Positions 1 to 8,544 of a DNA stretch of 64,000 bases are shown in pieces; within the stretch, counting starts at the first letter, position 1; every line of letters starts with the position of its first letter. Origin of the DNA: Roseburia sp. GTDB lineage: Bacteria; Bacillota; Clostridia; Lachnospirales; Lachnospiraceae. A model generated the notes under the pieces. That model had not been told where the DNA came from. It did not search any database and worked only from the letters and a program-made list of their open reading frames with translations. The stretch is from assembly GCA_050874345.1 (NCBI GenBank), contig JBNMKM010000005.1:51553-115552 (forward strand), written 5' to 3'. Both the position numbers and the translations under genes were made by a program.

Positions 1-973
1 GCCCATAAATAATTTCAAGAATCATACCGCAGCGGAATCCCTCCCGCATGCGGTCTTTTTTTCCGGCACCTTTATTCTGTGCCATTAACGCAGTCATGGC
101 GTGCGCAATATTCTGTTCTGGTGTGTAGGCAAAATCATCGATTCTGTTTACGATTGCAAAGGCGGCTGCAACAGAAACGCCCATGGTGTTGACAATCGCC
201 TGGATTCCGAGTTTTCCAAGCTGGACGGTTGCCTGCTGTAACGCTGATGTCCAGCCATAGGCAATCGTGCGCATTAAGAGGGAGCGGTCAAATACCAGCC
301 ATTTTTTTCCGAGCCGCAACAGAGGCACTTTTTTCTGAATATAGAGGACACAGAAAACACAGCACAGGGCTTCGCTTAGCACGGTAGATACTGCACAGCC
401 GTTGCTGCCAGCCTTTAATACAACGACAAAAAACAAATCCCCTAAAATATTTAAAACGGCACTGATCATCAGAAAATAAAGCGGGGTATTACTGTCGCCG
501 AGTGCGCGCAGGGTACTTGAAAAAAAGTTGTAAAGAAAGGTGAAGACCAGCCCTAAAAAGATAATCCGTAAGTACTCTGTTGTCAGCGATAAAATGCTTG
601 CATCTGCCTGCATCAAAATCAGAATTGGTCTTGCAAACAGGATACATGCTGCGGATAAAATCAGCGAAAAAATAACGCCGGAAAGCATGGTGGTACTAAT
701 CTGGCGGTGCAGCGTGTCATAATCTTTGGCTCCGTACTGCATTCCCATTAAAATGCTTGCACCCATACAAAGTCCGTTTAAAAACAGAATCATGAGCGTG
801 GAAATCGGATTACAGATGCCGACGGCGGCAAGTGCCTCCTTTCCCACAAAGTGTCCGACAATAATGCTGTCTGCGGCATTGTAGGTGAGCTGGAACAGGT
901 TGCCAAGCACGAGAGGAATCGTAAAACGAATTAAAATCGGCATGATTTTTCCGGTAGTGAAATCTTTGGTCAT
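1..973 (-). CDS. MATE family efflux transporter (C-terminal part lies outside the window)
   Basis: Reverse-strand translation from the ATG at 973-971 reads MTKDFTTGKIMPILIRFTIPLVLGNLFQLTYNAADSIIVGHFVGKEALAAVG..., a canonical MATE N-terminus. The frame stays open to the window edge, so it is missing from the ORF track. Confidence 0.8.
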   Translation of the reverse strand, partial: MTKDFTTGKIMPILIRFTIPLVLGNLFQLTYNAADSIIVGHFVGKEALAAVGICNPISTLMILFLNGLCMGASILMGMQYGAKDYDTLHRQISTTMLSGVIFSLILSAACILFARPILILMQADASILSLTTEYLRIIFLGLVFTFLYNFFSSTLRALGDSNTPLYFLMISAVLNILGDLFFVVVLKAGSNGCAVSTVLSEALCCVFCVLYIQKKVPLLRLGKKWLVFDRSLLMRTIAYGWTSALQQATVQLGKLGIQAIVNTMGVSVAAAFAIVNRIDDFAYTPEQNIAHAMTALMAQNKGAGKKDRMREGFRCGMILEIIYG

Positions 974-992
974 AATGGTAAAAATCCTTTTA

Positions 993-1847
993 TTAAACGT
1001 TCAAAAAATGCGTCAATTCTTCTGCACGGGTTTCATAATCTGAAACTCCAAGATCATAAAGATTCTGTTCTAAAGCGGCATCTTTCGAAAATGTGCTAAG
1101 CGGCATATGACGGCTTGGCGCGAAAATAAAAGCGCTTCCTTCTTTTTCAAGTTTATTTGCAAGGTCAATGGACGCCTGATAGTTAAGGTGGCGGTTGTCA
1201 ATTCCCTCAATGGTTTTCGGGTATTTATGGAGCATCCGCTTATAGACAGGGCGGTGCGCTTCCGGCTGTTTTACAAAATCACGCGGGTTTGACAAAATGA
1301 CCACAACCTTATCGCAGCCGTGCTCTAAGGCATGGTGCACCGGAATGGAGTCGGCAACACCGCCGTCATAGTAGAGGTGGCCGTTTACATTGACCGGACG
1401 GCAGAAGGCGGGGAGTGCGCACGTTGCCATGATGGTGCGGTAGTCGTCTCTTACGATATCGTATTTGGAAAAATAGTGTGCTAGTCCGGTTTTGGCATCG
1501 GTTGCAGGCATGTAAAATTCTGCCGGATTTTTCATGATGGCATCATAGTCGATTGGGTCGGCACCATCTGAATTGGTCAGTGTTCCGTAGATGTACTGTA
1601 AGCCAAATAAATTTCCAGTGTGAAGGAGACTGCGCACGCTCAAATAGCGCGGGTCATCTAAGTGCTCGGTATAAAACCGGAGATTTCGTCCCCGCTGTCC
1701 GGCGAGATACGATAAGGTATTGGCAGCTCCGGCAGAGACGCCGATGCAGTAGTCAAATGTAATAGAGTCATCTAAAAATTTATCTAAAATCCCGGCGCTG
1801 TAGGCACATTTCATGCCGCCGCCTTCCACAACAAGTCCTGTTTTCAT
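993..1847 (-). CDS. patatin-like phospholipase family protein
   Basis: MKTGLVVEGGGMKCAYSAGILD (GGG oxyanion motif) and GVSAGAAN (GxSxG serine). The start is placed at the internal ATG 1847, preceded by GAGG 6 nt upstream. The ORF itself extends to 1886. Confidence 0.85.
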   Translation of the reverse strand: MKTGLVVEGGGMKCAYSAGILDKFLDDSITFDYCIGVSAGAANTLSYLAGQRGRNLRFYTEHLDDPRYLSVRSLLHTGNLFGLQYIYGTLTNSDGADPIDYDAIMKNPAEFYMPATDAKTGLAHYFSKYDIVRDDYRTIMATCALPAFCRPVNVNGHLYYDGGVADSIPVHHALEHGCDKVVVILSNPRDFVKQPEAHRPVYKRMLHKYPKTIEGIDNRHLNYQASIDLANKLEKEGSAFIFAPSRHMPLSTFSKDAALEQNLYDLGVSDYETRAEELTHFLNV

Positions 1848-1948
1848 ATAAAACCTCATTTTATGTGTACAATGTTTGTCAGTCAATATTTATCCGAGAC
1901 AAATTTTAACATTTTCCGGAAATTTGTAAATAGACAATACGGCAAAAA

Positions 1949-2884
1949 ATGGCACAGACATTGCGGAATAATCATGAAAATGGTAAAATTTTTACAGGAC
2001 AAAAAGGGAGAGATGGGGAAATGGCATATGACAGTGAAGCTGGCGCAGATATCTGGAACGGTTATCTGAATGAGATGCGCCATGATGCAATAGAAAAGCA
2101 AAAGCAGCAAAGCCCTGCGGAAACAGACATCGAATTGTTGGGACACATCCTCTATGATGTGATAAGCATTGCAAAAACTGCACGCACGTATGGCTTGCTT
2201 GCAATAGAAGAAAAAACAGCAGAGTTAGACCAGGAGAATGAAGCAGAGGCGATTCTTTTTGAAGCTGCGCAGGTAATCGTGGATGGAAACAGTCCTATGT
2301 TTGTCGCAGAACTGCTGTCGAATCATTACTGGGTCAGTGGAATACAGGGGTATGCGGCGACAGCGGCATACATCGCAATCCGGGGCGCACTTCTCATGCA
2401 GGAAGGTGCAAATCCTTACGATATAAAAAGGCTCTTAAGCAGTATGCTCCCGGCAAAACTGCGGGAAAAGTGCATGCAGCTCTGCAGTGACTATGAGGCA
2501 CAAGAGCAGCAGAACAGGGACAAATCAGCGCGAATCTATTTTGAGACAGATTTTTCAAGAAGCAAAGGCACCAAGAACCGGAAGGAGCTGGACTGGTTAG
2601 AGAAGGAACTTTCCTATATGGATGACAGGGAAATCCAGAGACTGCTGCGGGAGGTTGACAACACATATCTGGTGGCTGCCCTGCTTGGAATGGGGAAGAA
2701 TTCACGCCGGGCAATTGCGTTAAATATGTCCGCACGCCTGCGGGAGATGATTGTGGAAGACTGTTATCAGGCAGCAGACATTGCGGATGCGGACATCGAG
2801 GAAGGCGCAGCATATGTCACGGAAAAATTAAAAATGCTTCAGGCGGCGGGAGAAATCCGGGACGCAGAGAGCAGAAATGTTTAA
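1949..2884 (+). CDS. soluble protein with a MotA cytoplasmic-loop-like N-domain and a FliG C-terminal-like domain
   Basis: The C-terminal DDREIQRLLREVDNTYLVAALLGMGKNSRRAIALNMSARLREMIVED...LQAAGEI closely follows the FliG_C pattern (DDRxIQxVLREVD...ALKG...NMSxR...ED...AGEI). The N-part GLLAIEE...QVIVDGNSPMFVAELL resembles the MotA cytoplasmic loop (GLLxLE...VDGxxPexv). No TM segments. An alternative start is at 2021. Confidence 0.6.
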   Translation: MAQTLRNNHENGKIFTGQKGRDGEMAYDSEAGADIWNGYLNEMRHDAIEKQKQQSPAETDIELLGHILYDVISIAKTARTYGLLAIEEKTAELDQENEAEAILFEAAQVIVDGNSPMFVAELLSNHYWVSGIQGYAATAAYIAIRGALLMQEGANPYDIKRLLSSMLPAKLREKCMQLCSDYEAQEQQNRDKSARIYFETDFSRSKGTKNRKELDWLEKELSYMDDREIQRLLREVDNTYLVAALLGMGKNSRRAIALNMSARLREMIVEDCYQAADIADADIEEGAAYVTEKLKMLQAAGEIRDAESRNV

Positions 2885-2900
2885 GATAAGAGGAAGCGGT

Positions 2901-3770
2901 ATGAATTATTTTGAAATTCCGGATAAGGAATTTGAAGAGTTCTGTAAAAGGAAAATTGATGAGCTGGGATTGTCTGTCCGTACGTATGGCGTGTTAAAAA
3001 GATGTGGCTGTGATACGATAGCAGAAGCGGCATATCTGACAGAGGAAGATATCCTGAAAGTGAAGAGTGCTTCGCAGCGTGCCGTAGATGAGGTGCAGGA
3101 GAAGCTGGCAGAACAAAATCTCTCGCTTATGACGCAGGAAGAAAAGCAGAAGTTTTTAAGAGAGACAGATAATCTGGTAATTTTGAGAAGAAAAATCCGC
3201 ACCTTAGAACTCAGAGAAAAAAGGAATAAAGAACAAATCAGGCGTCAGGCGCGCGGGACGAATGATGAATGGAACAGAATCAAAAAGAACAGGGATCGCG
3301 CGTTAAAAGAAGCGCGCGGGATTGTTCATACCAGCAGATATCCGGTCGCAAGACTGTTAGAATCAATGTATTTTGGTCAAAGTGCGCTGGAAGGAAGCAG
3401 CGTATGCGCTATCTTCGAGTTGTGGGAGGAACACTGTTTTCTGGAAGATGATACGCAGGAGGGAGAAAATGCAGACCAAAGCTGCGAGGAATGTATCGAA
3501 ACATTTCTTGCGGATTATTACTGGGGAAAGCGTATGGCAGCAAAACTTGCAGAGGAGCGCGGTAAGGCACCGAAGATGATGCGTTTGAGATTAGTGGGCA
3601 GTGAACTGAGTGGAAGATGCCCGGCATGTAAGCAGCTGCATCATTACAGCAGGCAGGAACACTATTGTTTCCGCTGCGGCACCTTTTTAAATTGGGATGA
3701 GGAAAACTGGGACGAAGAAATTAGACGGCAGCTGGACTGTCTGGATGAGGATGAAGAGGAAGACGAATGA
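2901..3770 (+). CDS. RNA polymerase alpha-CTD-like helix-hairpin-helix protein with coiled coil, C-terminal zinc ribbon and acidic tail
   Basis: LGLSVRTYGVLKRCGCDTIAEAAYLTEEDILKVKSASQRAVDEVQEKLAEQNLSL matches the RpoA CTD pattern (LSVRsyNcLKragI.T...L...tEeDLlkvrNfGkKSl.EvkekL). CPACK...CFRCG forms a zinc ribbon. The protein ends DEDEEEDE. Start chosen at ATG 2901 after GAGGAAG. The ORF opens at 2877 and overlaps the upstream gene. Confidence 0.55.
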   Translation: MNYFEIPDKEFEEFCKRKIDELGLSVRTYGVLKRCGCDTIAEAAYLTEEDILKVKSASQRAVDEVQEKLAEQNLSLMTQEEKQKFLRETDNLVILRRKIRTLELREKRNKEQIRRQARGTNDEWNRIKKNRDRALKEARGIVHTSRYPVARLLESMYFGQSALEGSSVCAIFELWEEHCFLEDDTQEGENADQSCEECIETFLADYYWGKRMAAKLAEERGKAPKMMRLRLVGSELSGRCPACKQLHHYSRQEHYCFRCGTFLNWDEENWDEEIRRQLDCLDEDEEEDE

Positions 3771-3780
3771 TTCGTTTCCA

Positions 3781-3809
3781 TTGCGCGATTGCATGAAAAA
3801 TTATATAAT
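3781..3809 (+). promoter_or_regulatory. candidate sigma-A promoter for dnaE (TTGCGC-17 nt-TATAAT)
   Basis: TTGCGC at 3781-3786, a 17-nt spacer, then TATAAT at 3804-3809, about 50 nt upstream of the dnaE ATG. Confidence 0.4.
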
Positions 3810-3858
3810 GGTAAGACCTGAGCAATGAAAACAGCAATAAAAAGAGAGAAAAAATAAC

Positions 3859-6800
3859 ATGGCATTTACACATCTGCACGTCCATACGGAGTACAGTCTC
3901 CTGGACGGCTCAAACAAAATAAAAGAATATGTGGCGCGGGTCAAGGAGCTTGGCATGAACAGCGCTGCAATTACCGACCACGGCGCGATGTACGGCGTCA
4001 TTGATTTTTACAAGGCGGCAAATGCGGCAGGCATCAAGCCAATCTTGGGATGCGAGGTATATGTGGCACCAAATTCCCGGTTCGACAGAGAATTATCCCA
4101 CGGGGATGACCGTTATTATCATCTGGTACTTCTTGCGGAAAATAATACCGGTTACAGCAACCTGATTAAAATTGTATCGCGCGGTTTTACGGAAGGATAC
4201 TACTACAAACCTCGTGTAGATATGGAAGTTTTAAATCAGTTCCATGAGGGAATTATTGCACTAAGCGCCTGCCTTGCGGGAGAGGTACAGCGCTATTTGG
4301 TGCGCGGTCTTTATGAGGAAGCAAAAGAGGTTGCGTATAAGTATCAGAAATGCTTTGGCGAGGGCAATTTTTTTCTGGAATTACAGGACCACGGAATTCC
4401 GGACCAGAAAACCGTCAATGCACAGCTTCTTCGGATGAGCCAGGAGACCGGAATCGAGTTAGTGGCAACAAACGATGTGCACTATACGAGAGCGGAGGAT
4501 GCGGAAGCGCATGATATTTTACTTTGTCTTCAGACCGGAAAGAAGTTAACGGATGAGAACCGGATGCGCTATGAGGGCGGACAGTATTATGTGAAGTCGG
4601 AAGAGGAGATGCGCGCACTGTTTCCTTATGCAAAGGAAGCGCTTGACAATACGCAGAAGATTGCGGACCGCTGTCACGTGGAAATCGAGTTCGGTGTCAC
4701 AAAGTTACCGCGGTTTGACGTGCCGGAGGGCTATGATTCCTGGACCTATCTGAATAAACTTTGTCATGAGGGACTCATCAGACGTTACCCGGACAGGCAT
4801 GAGGAATTGCTGCCAAAGCTTGACTATGAGCTGTCCGTCATCCAGAAGATGGGATATGTGGATTATTTTCTGATTGTATGGGATTTTATCAATTTTGCAA
4901 GGACGCATGGGATTCCGGTTGGCCCGGGACGAGGAAGTGCGGCGGGAAGTCTCGTTTCCTACACGACGGGAATTACAAATATCGACCCCATCCGCTATAA
5001 CCTTCTGTTTGAGCGTTTCTTAAATCCGGAGCGTGTGACCATGCCGGATATTGATATTGACTTCTGTTATGAGCGCAGAAGTGAGGTTATCGATTATGTG
5101 GTGCAAAAATACGGTAAGGACTGCGTGTGCCAGATTGTAACGTTTGGAACGATGGCGGCAAGAGGAGTGATCCGTGATGTCGGACGAGTCATGGATTTGC
5201 CGTACAATTTCTGCGATACGATTGCAAAAAATATTCCAAATGAATTAAATATCACGATTGACAAGGCACTTATCATGAATCAGGAGCTGCGGAATATGTA
5301 TGAATCTGACCCGCAGGTACACAGTTTGATTGACATGGCAAAGCGCTTAGAGGGACTTCCGCGGCATACATCGATGCACGCGGCGGGCGTTGTGATTTCA
5401 AGAAAGGCGATGGACGAGTATGTGCCGTTGTCCCGCGGTTCCGACGGAACGATTACCACGCAGTTTGTGATGACGACCATCGAGGAGCTTGGACTTTTAA
5501 AAATGGACTTCCTCGGACTGCGTACGTTGACGGTAATTGACGATGCGGTAAAGCTGGTAAAAGAAAATTATGGAACTGAGATTAACGTAGACACCATCAA
5601 TTATGATGATAAAAAGGTGTTAGAGTCCCTTGGAACCGGAAAAACCGAGGGCGTGTTCCAGTTAGAAAGTGCCGGAATGAAAAACTTCATGAAGGAGTTA
5701 AAGCCGCGGAATCTTGAGGATGTGATTGCGGGGATTTCCCTGTACCGTCCGGGTCCGATGGATTTCATCCCGAAGTATATCAAGGGAAAAAATGAGCCGG
5801 ACAATATCACCTATGAATGTAAAGAATTAATTCCGATTCTGGAACCGACTTATGGCTGTATCGTTTATCAGGAGCAGGTAATGCAGATTGTGCAGAACCT
5901 TGCCGGCTACACGATGGGGCAGGCGGACAATATCCGACGTGCCATGAGTAAGAAAAAACAGTACGTCATTGATGCGGAACGCCAGAATTTTGTTTATGGA
6001 AATGAAGAGCAGGGAATCAGGGGCTGTATCAATAACGGAATCAGCGAGGCATCTGCGAATAAGATTTACGATTCCATGGTGGATTTTGCAAAGTACGCGT
6101 TCAACAAATCCCATGCGGCTGCCTATGCGGTGGTGGCGTACCAGACGGCGTACCTCAAATATTATTATCCGAAGGAATTTATGGCGGCACTTATGACTTC
6201 TGTGCTTGACAATACGCGAAAGGTTGCGGAGTATGTATACACCTGCCGTCAGATGGGAATCAAAATCCTGCTTCCGGATATCAATGAGGGCGAAGGAAAG
6301 TTCACAGCCACAAAGGAAGGAATCCGTTACGGGCTTTATGCCATCCGAAGCGTAGGGCGTCCGGTCGTGGATGCCATCGTGGAGGAGCGGAAGGCAAATG
6401 GCCCCTATCCGACACTTCAGAACTTTATCGAGCGTGTGAGCGGCAGGGAAGTCAATAAACGTTCCGTTGAGAACTTTATCAAGGCGGGTGCGTGTGACAG
6501 TCTCGATGGAAACCGCAAACAGATGATGTTTACGTATGCTGCCCTGATGGATGAGACGAACCAGGAAAAGAAAAAGACCATCAGTGGTCAGATGACATTA
6601 TTTGATTTTGCAGCGGAAGAGGACAGAGAAGCGTACAAGGTTCAGTATCCGGATGTGGAAGAGTACGAAAAGGAGACGAAACTCGGCTTTGAAAAAGAAG
6701 TCATGGGCATTTATCTGAGCGGGCATCCGCTTGAGGACTATGAGGAAACTTGGCGGAAAAATATCACGGCATTCACATCGGATTTCCTGTTAGACGAGGA

Positions 6801-7338
6801 GACAAATGAAGTAAGAGTGCACGATAATGAACAGGTGACAGTCGGCGGCATGATTACCGACAAGACCATCAAGTACACGAAGACCAACAAAACGATGGCA
6901 TTTCTCACGGTGGAGGATTTGTTCGGAACCGTGGAAGTTATCGTTTTCCCGCGGGATTATGAGAAGTATCAGCAGCTTATGACGGAGGATGCAAAGGTAT
7001 TTATTTCCGGCAGGGCAAATGTGGAGGAGGACAAAAACGGCAAGCTCATCTGTGAGAAAATTACGGCATTTGACGATGTAAAACGGGAGCTGTGGCTCAA
7101 ATTTGACACCAAGGAAGCGTTTGCCCAAAAGGAGCAGGAACTCTACGGAATGCTCCGGGATTCCGACGGAAAGGACGAGGTTGTTATCTACTGCGCAAAC
7201 CCCAAAGCCGTCAAAAAGCTGTCCCAGAACTACGATATTCACATTGAAAAAGAGATTGTGAACAATTTAACTAACTTTTTGGGCGAAAATAATGTAAAAG
7301 TTGTAGAAAAGGGCATTGAGATGAAACAAAAAAATTGA
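3859..7338 (+). CDS. dnaE: DNA polymerase III alpha subunit (DnaE type)
   Basis: 1159 aa. PHP domain start MAFTHLHVHTEYSLLDGS, polymerase core motifs (PDIDIDF, GLLKMDFLGL), an OB-fold region and a C-terminal tail. Confidence 0.97.
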   Translation: MAFTHLHVHTEYSLLDGSNKIKEYVARVKELGMNSAAITDHGAMYGVIDFYKAANAAGIKPILGCEVYVAPNSRFDRELSHGDDRYYHLVLLAENNTGYSNLIKIVSRGFTEGYYYKPRVDMEVLNQFHEGIIALSACLAGEVQRYLVRGLYEEAKEVAYKYQKCFGEGNFFLELQDHGIPDQKTVNAQLLRMSQETGIELVATNDVHYTRAEDAEAHDILLCLQTGKKLTDENRMRYEGGQYYVKSEEEMRALFPYAKEALDNTQKIADRCHVEIEFGVTKLPRFDVPEGYDSWTYLNKLCHEGLIRRYPDRHEELLPKLDYELSVIQKMGYVDYFLIVWDFINFARTHGIPVGPGRGSAAGSLVSYTTGITNIDPIRYNLLFERFLNPERVTMPDIDIDFCYERRSEVIDYVVQKYGKDCVCQIVTFGTMAARGVIRDVGRVMDLPYNFCDTIAKNIPNELNITIDKALIMNQELRNMYESDPQVHSLIDMAKRLEGLPRHTSMHAAGVVISRKAMDEYVPLSRGSDGTITTQFVMTTIEELGLLKMDFLGLRTLTVIDDAVKLVKENYGTEINVDTINYDDKKVLESLGTGKTEGVFQLESAGMKNFMKELKPRNLEDVIAGISLYRPGPMDFIPKYIKGKNEPDNITYECKELIPILEPTYGCIVYQEQVMQIVQNLAGYTMGQADNIRRAMSKKKQYVIDAERQNFVYGNEEQGIRGCINNGISEASANKIYDSMVDFAKYAFNKSHAAAYAVVAYQTAYLKYYYPKEFMAALMTSVLDNTRKVAEYVYTCRQMGIKILLPDINEGEGKFTATKEGIRYGLYAIRSVGRPVVDAIVEERKANGPYPTLQNFIERVSGREVNKRSVENFIKAGACDSLDGNRKQMMFTYAALMDETNQEKKKTISGQMTLFDFAAEEDREAYKVQYPDVEEYEKETKLGFEKEVMGIYLSGHPLEDYEETWRKNITAFTSDFLLDEETNEVRVHDNEQVTVGGMITDKTIKYTKTNKTMAFLTVEDLFGTVEVIVFPRDYEKYQQLMTEDAKVFISGRANVEEDKNGKLICEKITAFDDVKRELWLKFDTKEAFAQKEQELYGMLRDSDGKDEVVIYCANPKAVKKLSQNYDIHIEKEIVNNLTNFLGENNVKVVEKGIEMKQKN
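7235..7319 (+). repeat. 85-bp direct repeat, copy 1 (inside the dnaE 3' end)
   Basis: atattcacattgaaaaagagattgtgaacaatttaactaactttttgggcgaaaataatgtaaaagttgtagaaaagggcattga is identical base for base to 8382-8466. Confidence 0.95.
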
Positions 7339-8381
7339 GTATGGGAATGCAGGAGGGGTCGGTGAAATATGGCGAAAGCAGGATTAGACCAGACAGAAGC
7401 GTTACAGCAGAAAAGCAAAAAGACGGACAAACTGACAGTCAATATTGCGTTGGACAGTATGAGAAGGGATGCGGAACGTATCTTATATGCAATTGATAAA
7501 ATGAGAAAGCTGGATGAAAACAGTGCAGATTATCAGATGTCGCTTGACAGTTCTAAATTTTGTATCAATGAGTATGTGCAGGCATTTGTAGATGTTGTTT
7601 CCGTAATTTATATTAACTGTGAGAAGGGCAGCAATATACATACGGAAAGCCTGCGCAGTGTAATCAGATTTTTTACATCCTATGGATTTCAGTATTCAGC
7701 TGACTGTGGAAAATGGATTGAATTTTTAATTCGGAGAAATGACCTGGTGCATGAATATTACAATTATGAGTTTCTGAATGAAGAGCTTAAATCTGCACTT
7801 GTCACATACGAAGACTGTATCATGGAACTCATTGGCGTGTTGGATAAAATTGTAGTAGAACTTGGTATTGGCAATACGGTGATTAGAAAGGGCAGATAGT
7901 GTGAAGAATAAAATTTTTCGCACGTAAGAATGGAGAGAAAAATGCAATTTCAAAATTGGGAAGAACGCCGAAAATTTTTAGGAGAGCTGCAGGATGCAAT
8001 TGGGGGGCAGTTCGGATTTGAAAATTATAATGTCTATGTGTTCGGCAGTTTTATTACGGAACAGTATAAGGATGGCGAAAGCGACATAGATATTGCAGTG
8101 TATTCCCCTGAATGGGAGCTGATGCGCAAAATTGTCGATTTTATCCATGAGTATATGGAGCGCATCAAATTTCCGTGTGATGTGATTTTAATAGATGTTT
8201 CTTATAAACATGCTTATGTCGATTTAGAGCCACTGTTACACGGAATAGCATTTACTGATTTCACAACAGAGGATTTGGAAATTTACAAGCGGTCGCTATT
8301 TATCAGTAATTTATGGAAAAATGAAGAAAAACGCTGGATACAGGGGTTATTTCCGTATAAGCATACGGATGGAACACTGGA
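7320..8381 (+). mobile_element. inserted HEPN/MNT toxin-antitoxin cassette between the two 85-bp repeats (no recombinase gene present)
   Basis: The segment is bounded by perfect direct repeats. It is visibly more AT-rich than flanking dnaE and pfkA. It interrupts the widely conserved dnaE-pfkA adjacency. Confidence 0.5.
7369..7899 (+). CDS. hepT: HEPN-domain (DUF86/HepT-like) putative RNase toxin
   Basis: C-terminal FLIRRNDLVHEYYNYEF carries the HEPN Rx4H motif in the DUF86 form RNxLVHEY. 176 aa, with an N-terminal extension relative to typical HepT. Confidence 0.75.
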   Translation: MAKAGLDQTEALQQKSKKTDKLTVNIALDSMRRDAERILYAIDKMRKLDENSADYQMSLDSSKFCINEYVQAFVDVVSVIYINCEKGSNIHTESLRSVIRFFTSYGFQYSADCGKWIEFLIRRNDLVHEYYNYEFLNEELKSALVTYEDCIMELIGVLDKIVVELGIGNTVIRKGR

Positions 8382-8394
8382 ATATTCACATTGA
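7930..8394 (+). CDS. mntA: minimal nucleotidyltransferase (MNT/MntA-like) putative antitoxin
   Basis: YVFGSFITEQYKDGESDIDIAVY has the GS...DxD nucleotidyltransferase signature. Alternative start at ATG 7942 after GGAGAG. The last four codons and the stop lie inside repeat copy 2. Confidence 0.75.
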   Translation: MERKMQFQNWEERRKFLGELQDAIGGQFGFENYNVYVFGSFITEQYKDGESDIDIAVYSPEWELMRKIVDFIHEYMERIKFPCDVILIDVSYKHAYVDLEPLLHGIAFTDFTTEDLEIYKRSLFISNLWKNEEKRWIQGLFPYKHTDGTLEYSH

Positions 8395-8466
8395 AAAAGA
8401 GATTGTGAACAATTTAACTAACTTTTTGGGCGAAAATAATGTAAAAGTTGTAGAAAAGGGCATTGA
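8382..8466 (+). repeat. 85-bp direct repeat, copy 2 (displaced copy of the dnaE 3' end)
   Basis: Identical to 7235-7319. In the dnaE frame it would read ...IHIEKEIVNNLTNFLGENNVKVVEKGIE followed by KRD-stop. Confidence 0.95.
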
Positions 8467-8544
8467 AAAGCGGGACTAAAGAGTTTAAAATGGTAGAGAT
8501 TAGAGAAAAGGGTATATTTTTTATTTTAGGAGGGAACTGATAAA

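Noticed and set aside
540-722. 60-aa plus-strand ORF
   Set aside because: It lies inside, and antisense to, the partial MATE gene. No RBS.
993-1886. Patatin-like phospholipase as a CBASS or other defence effector
   Set aside because: No cyclase (CD-NTase), no other defence partner and no island signature is adjacent. It looks like the common stand-alone patatin of Clostridia.
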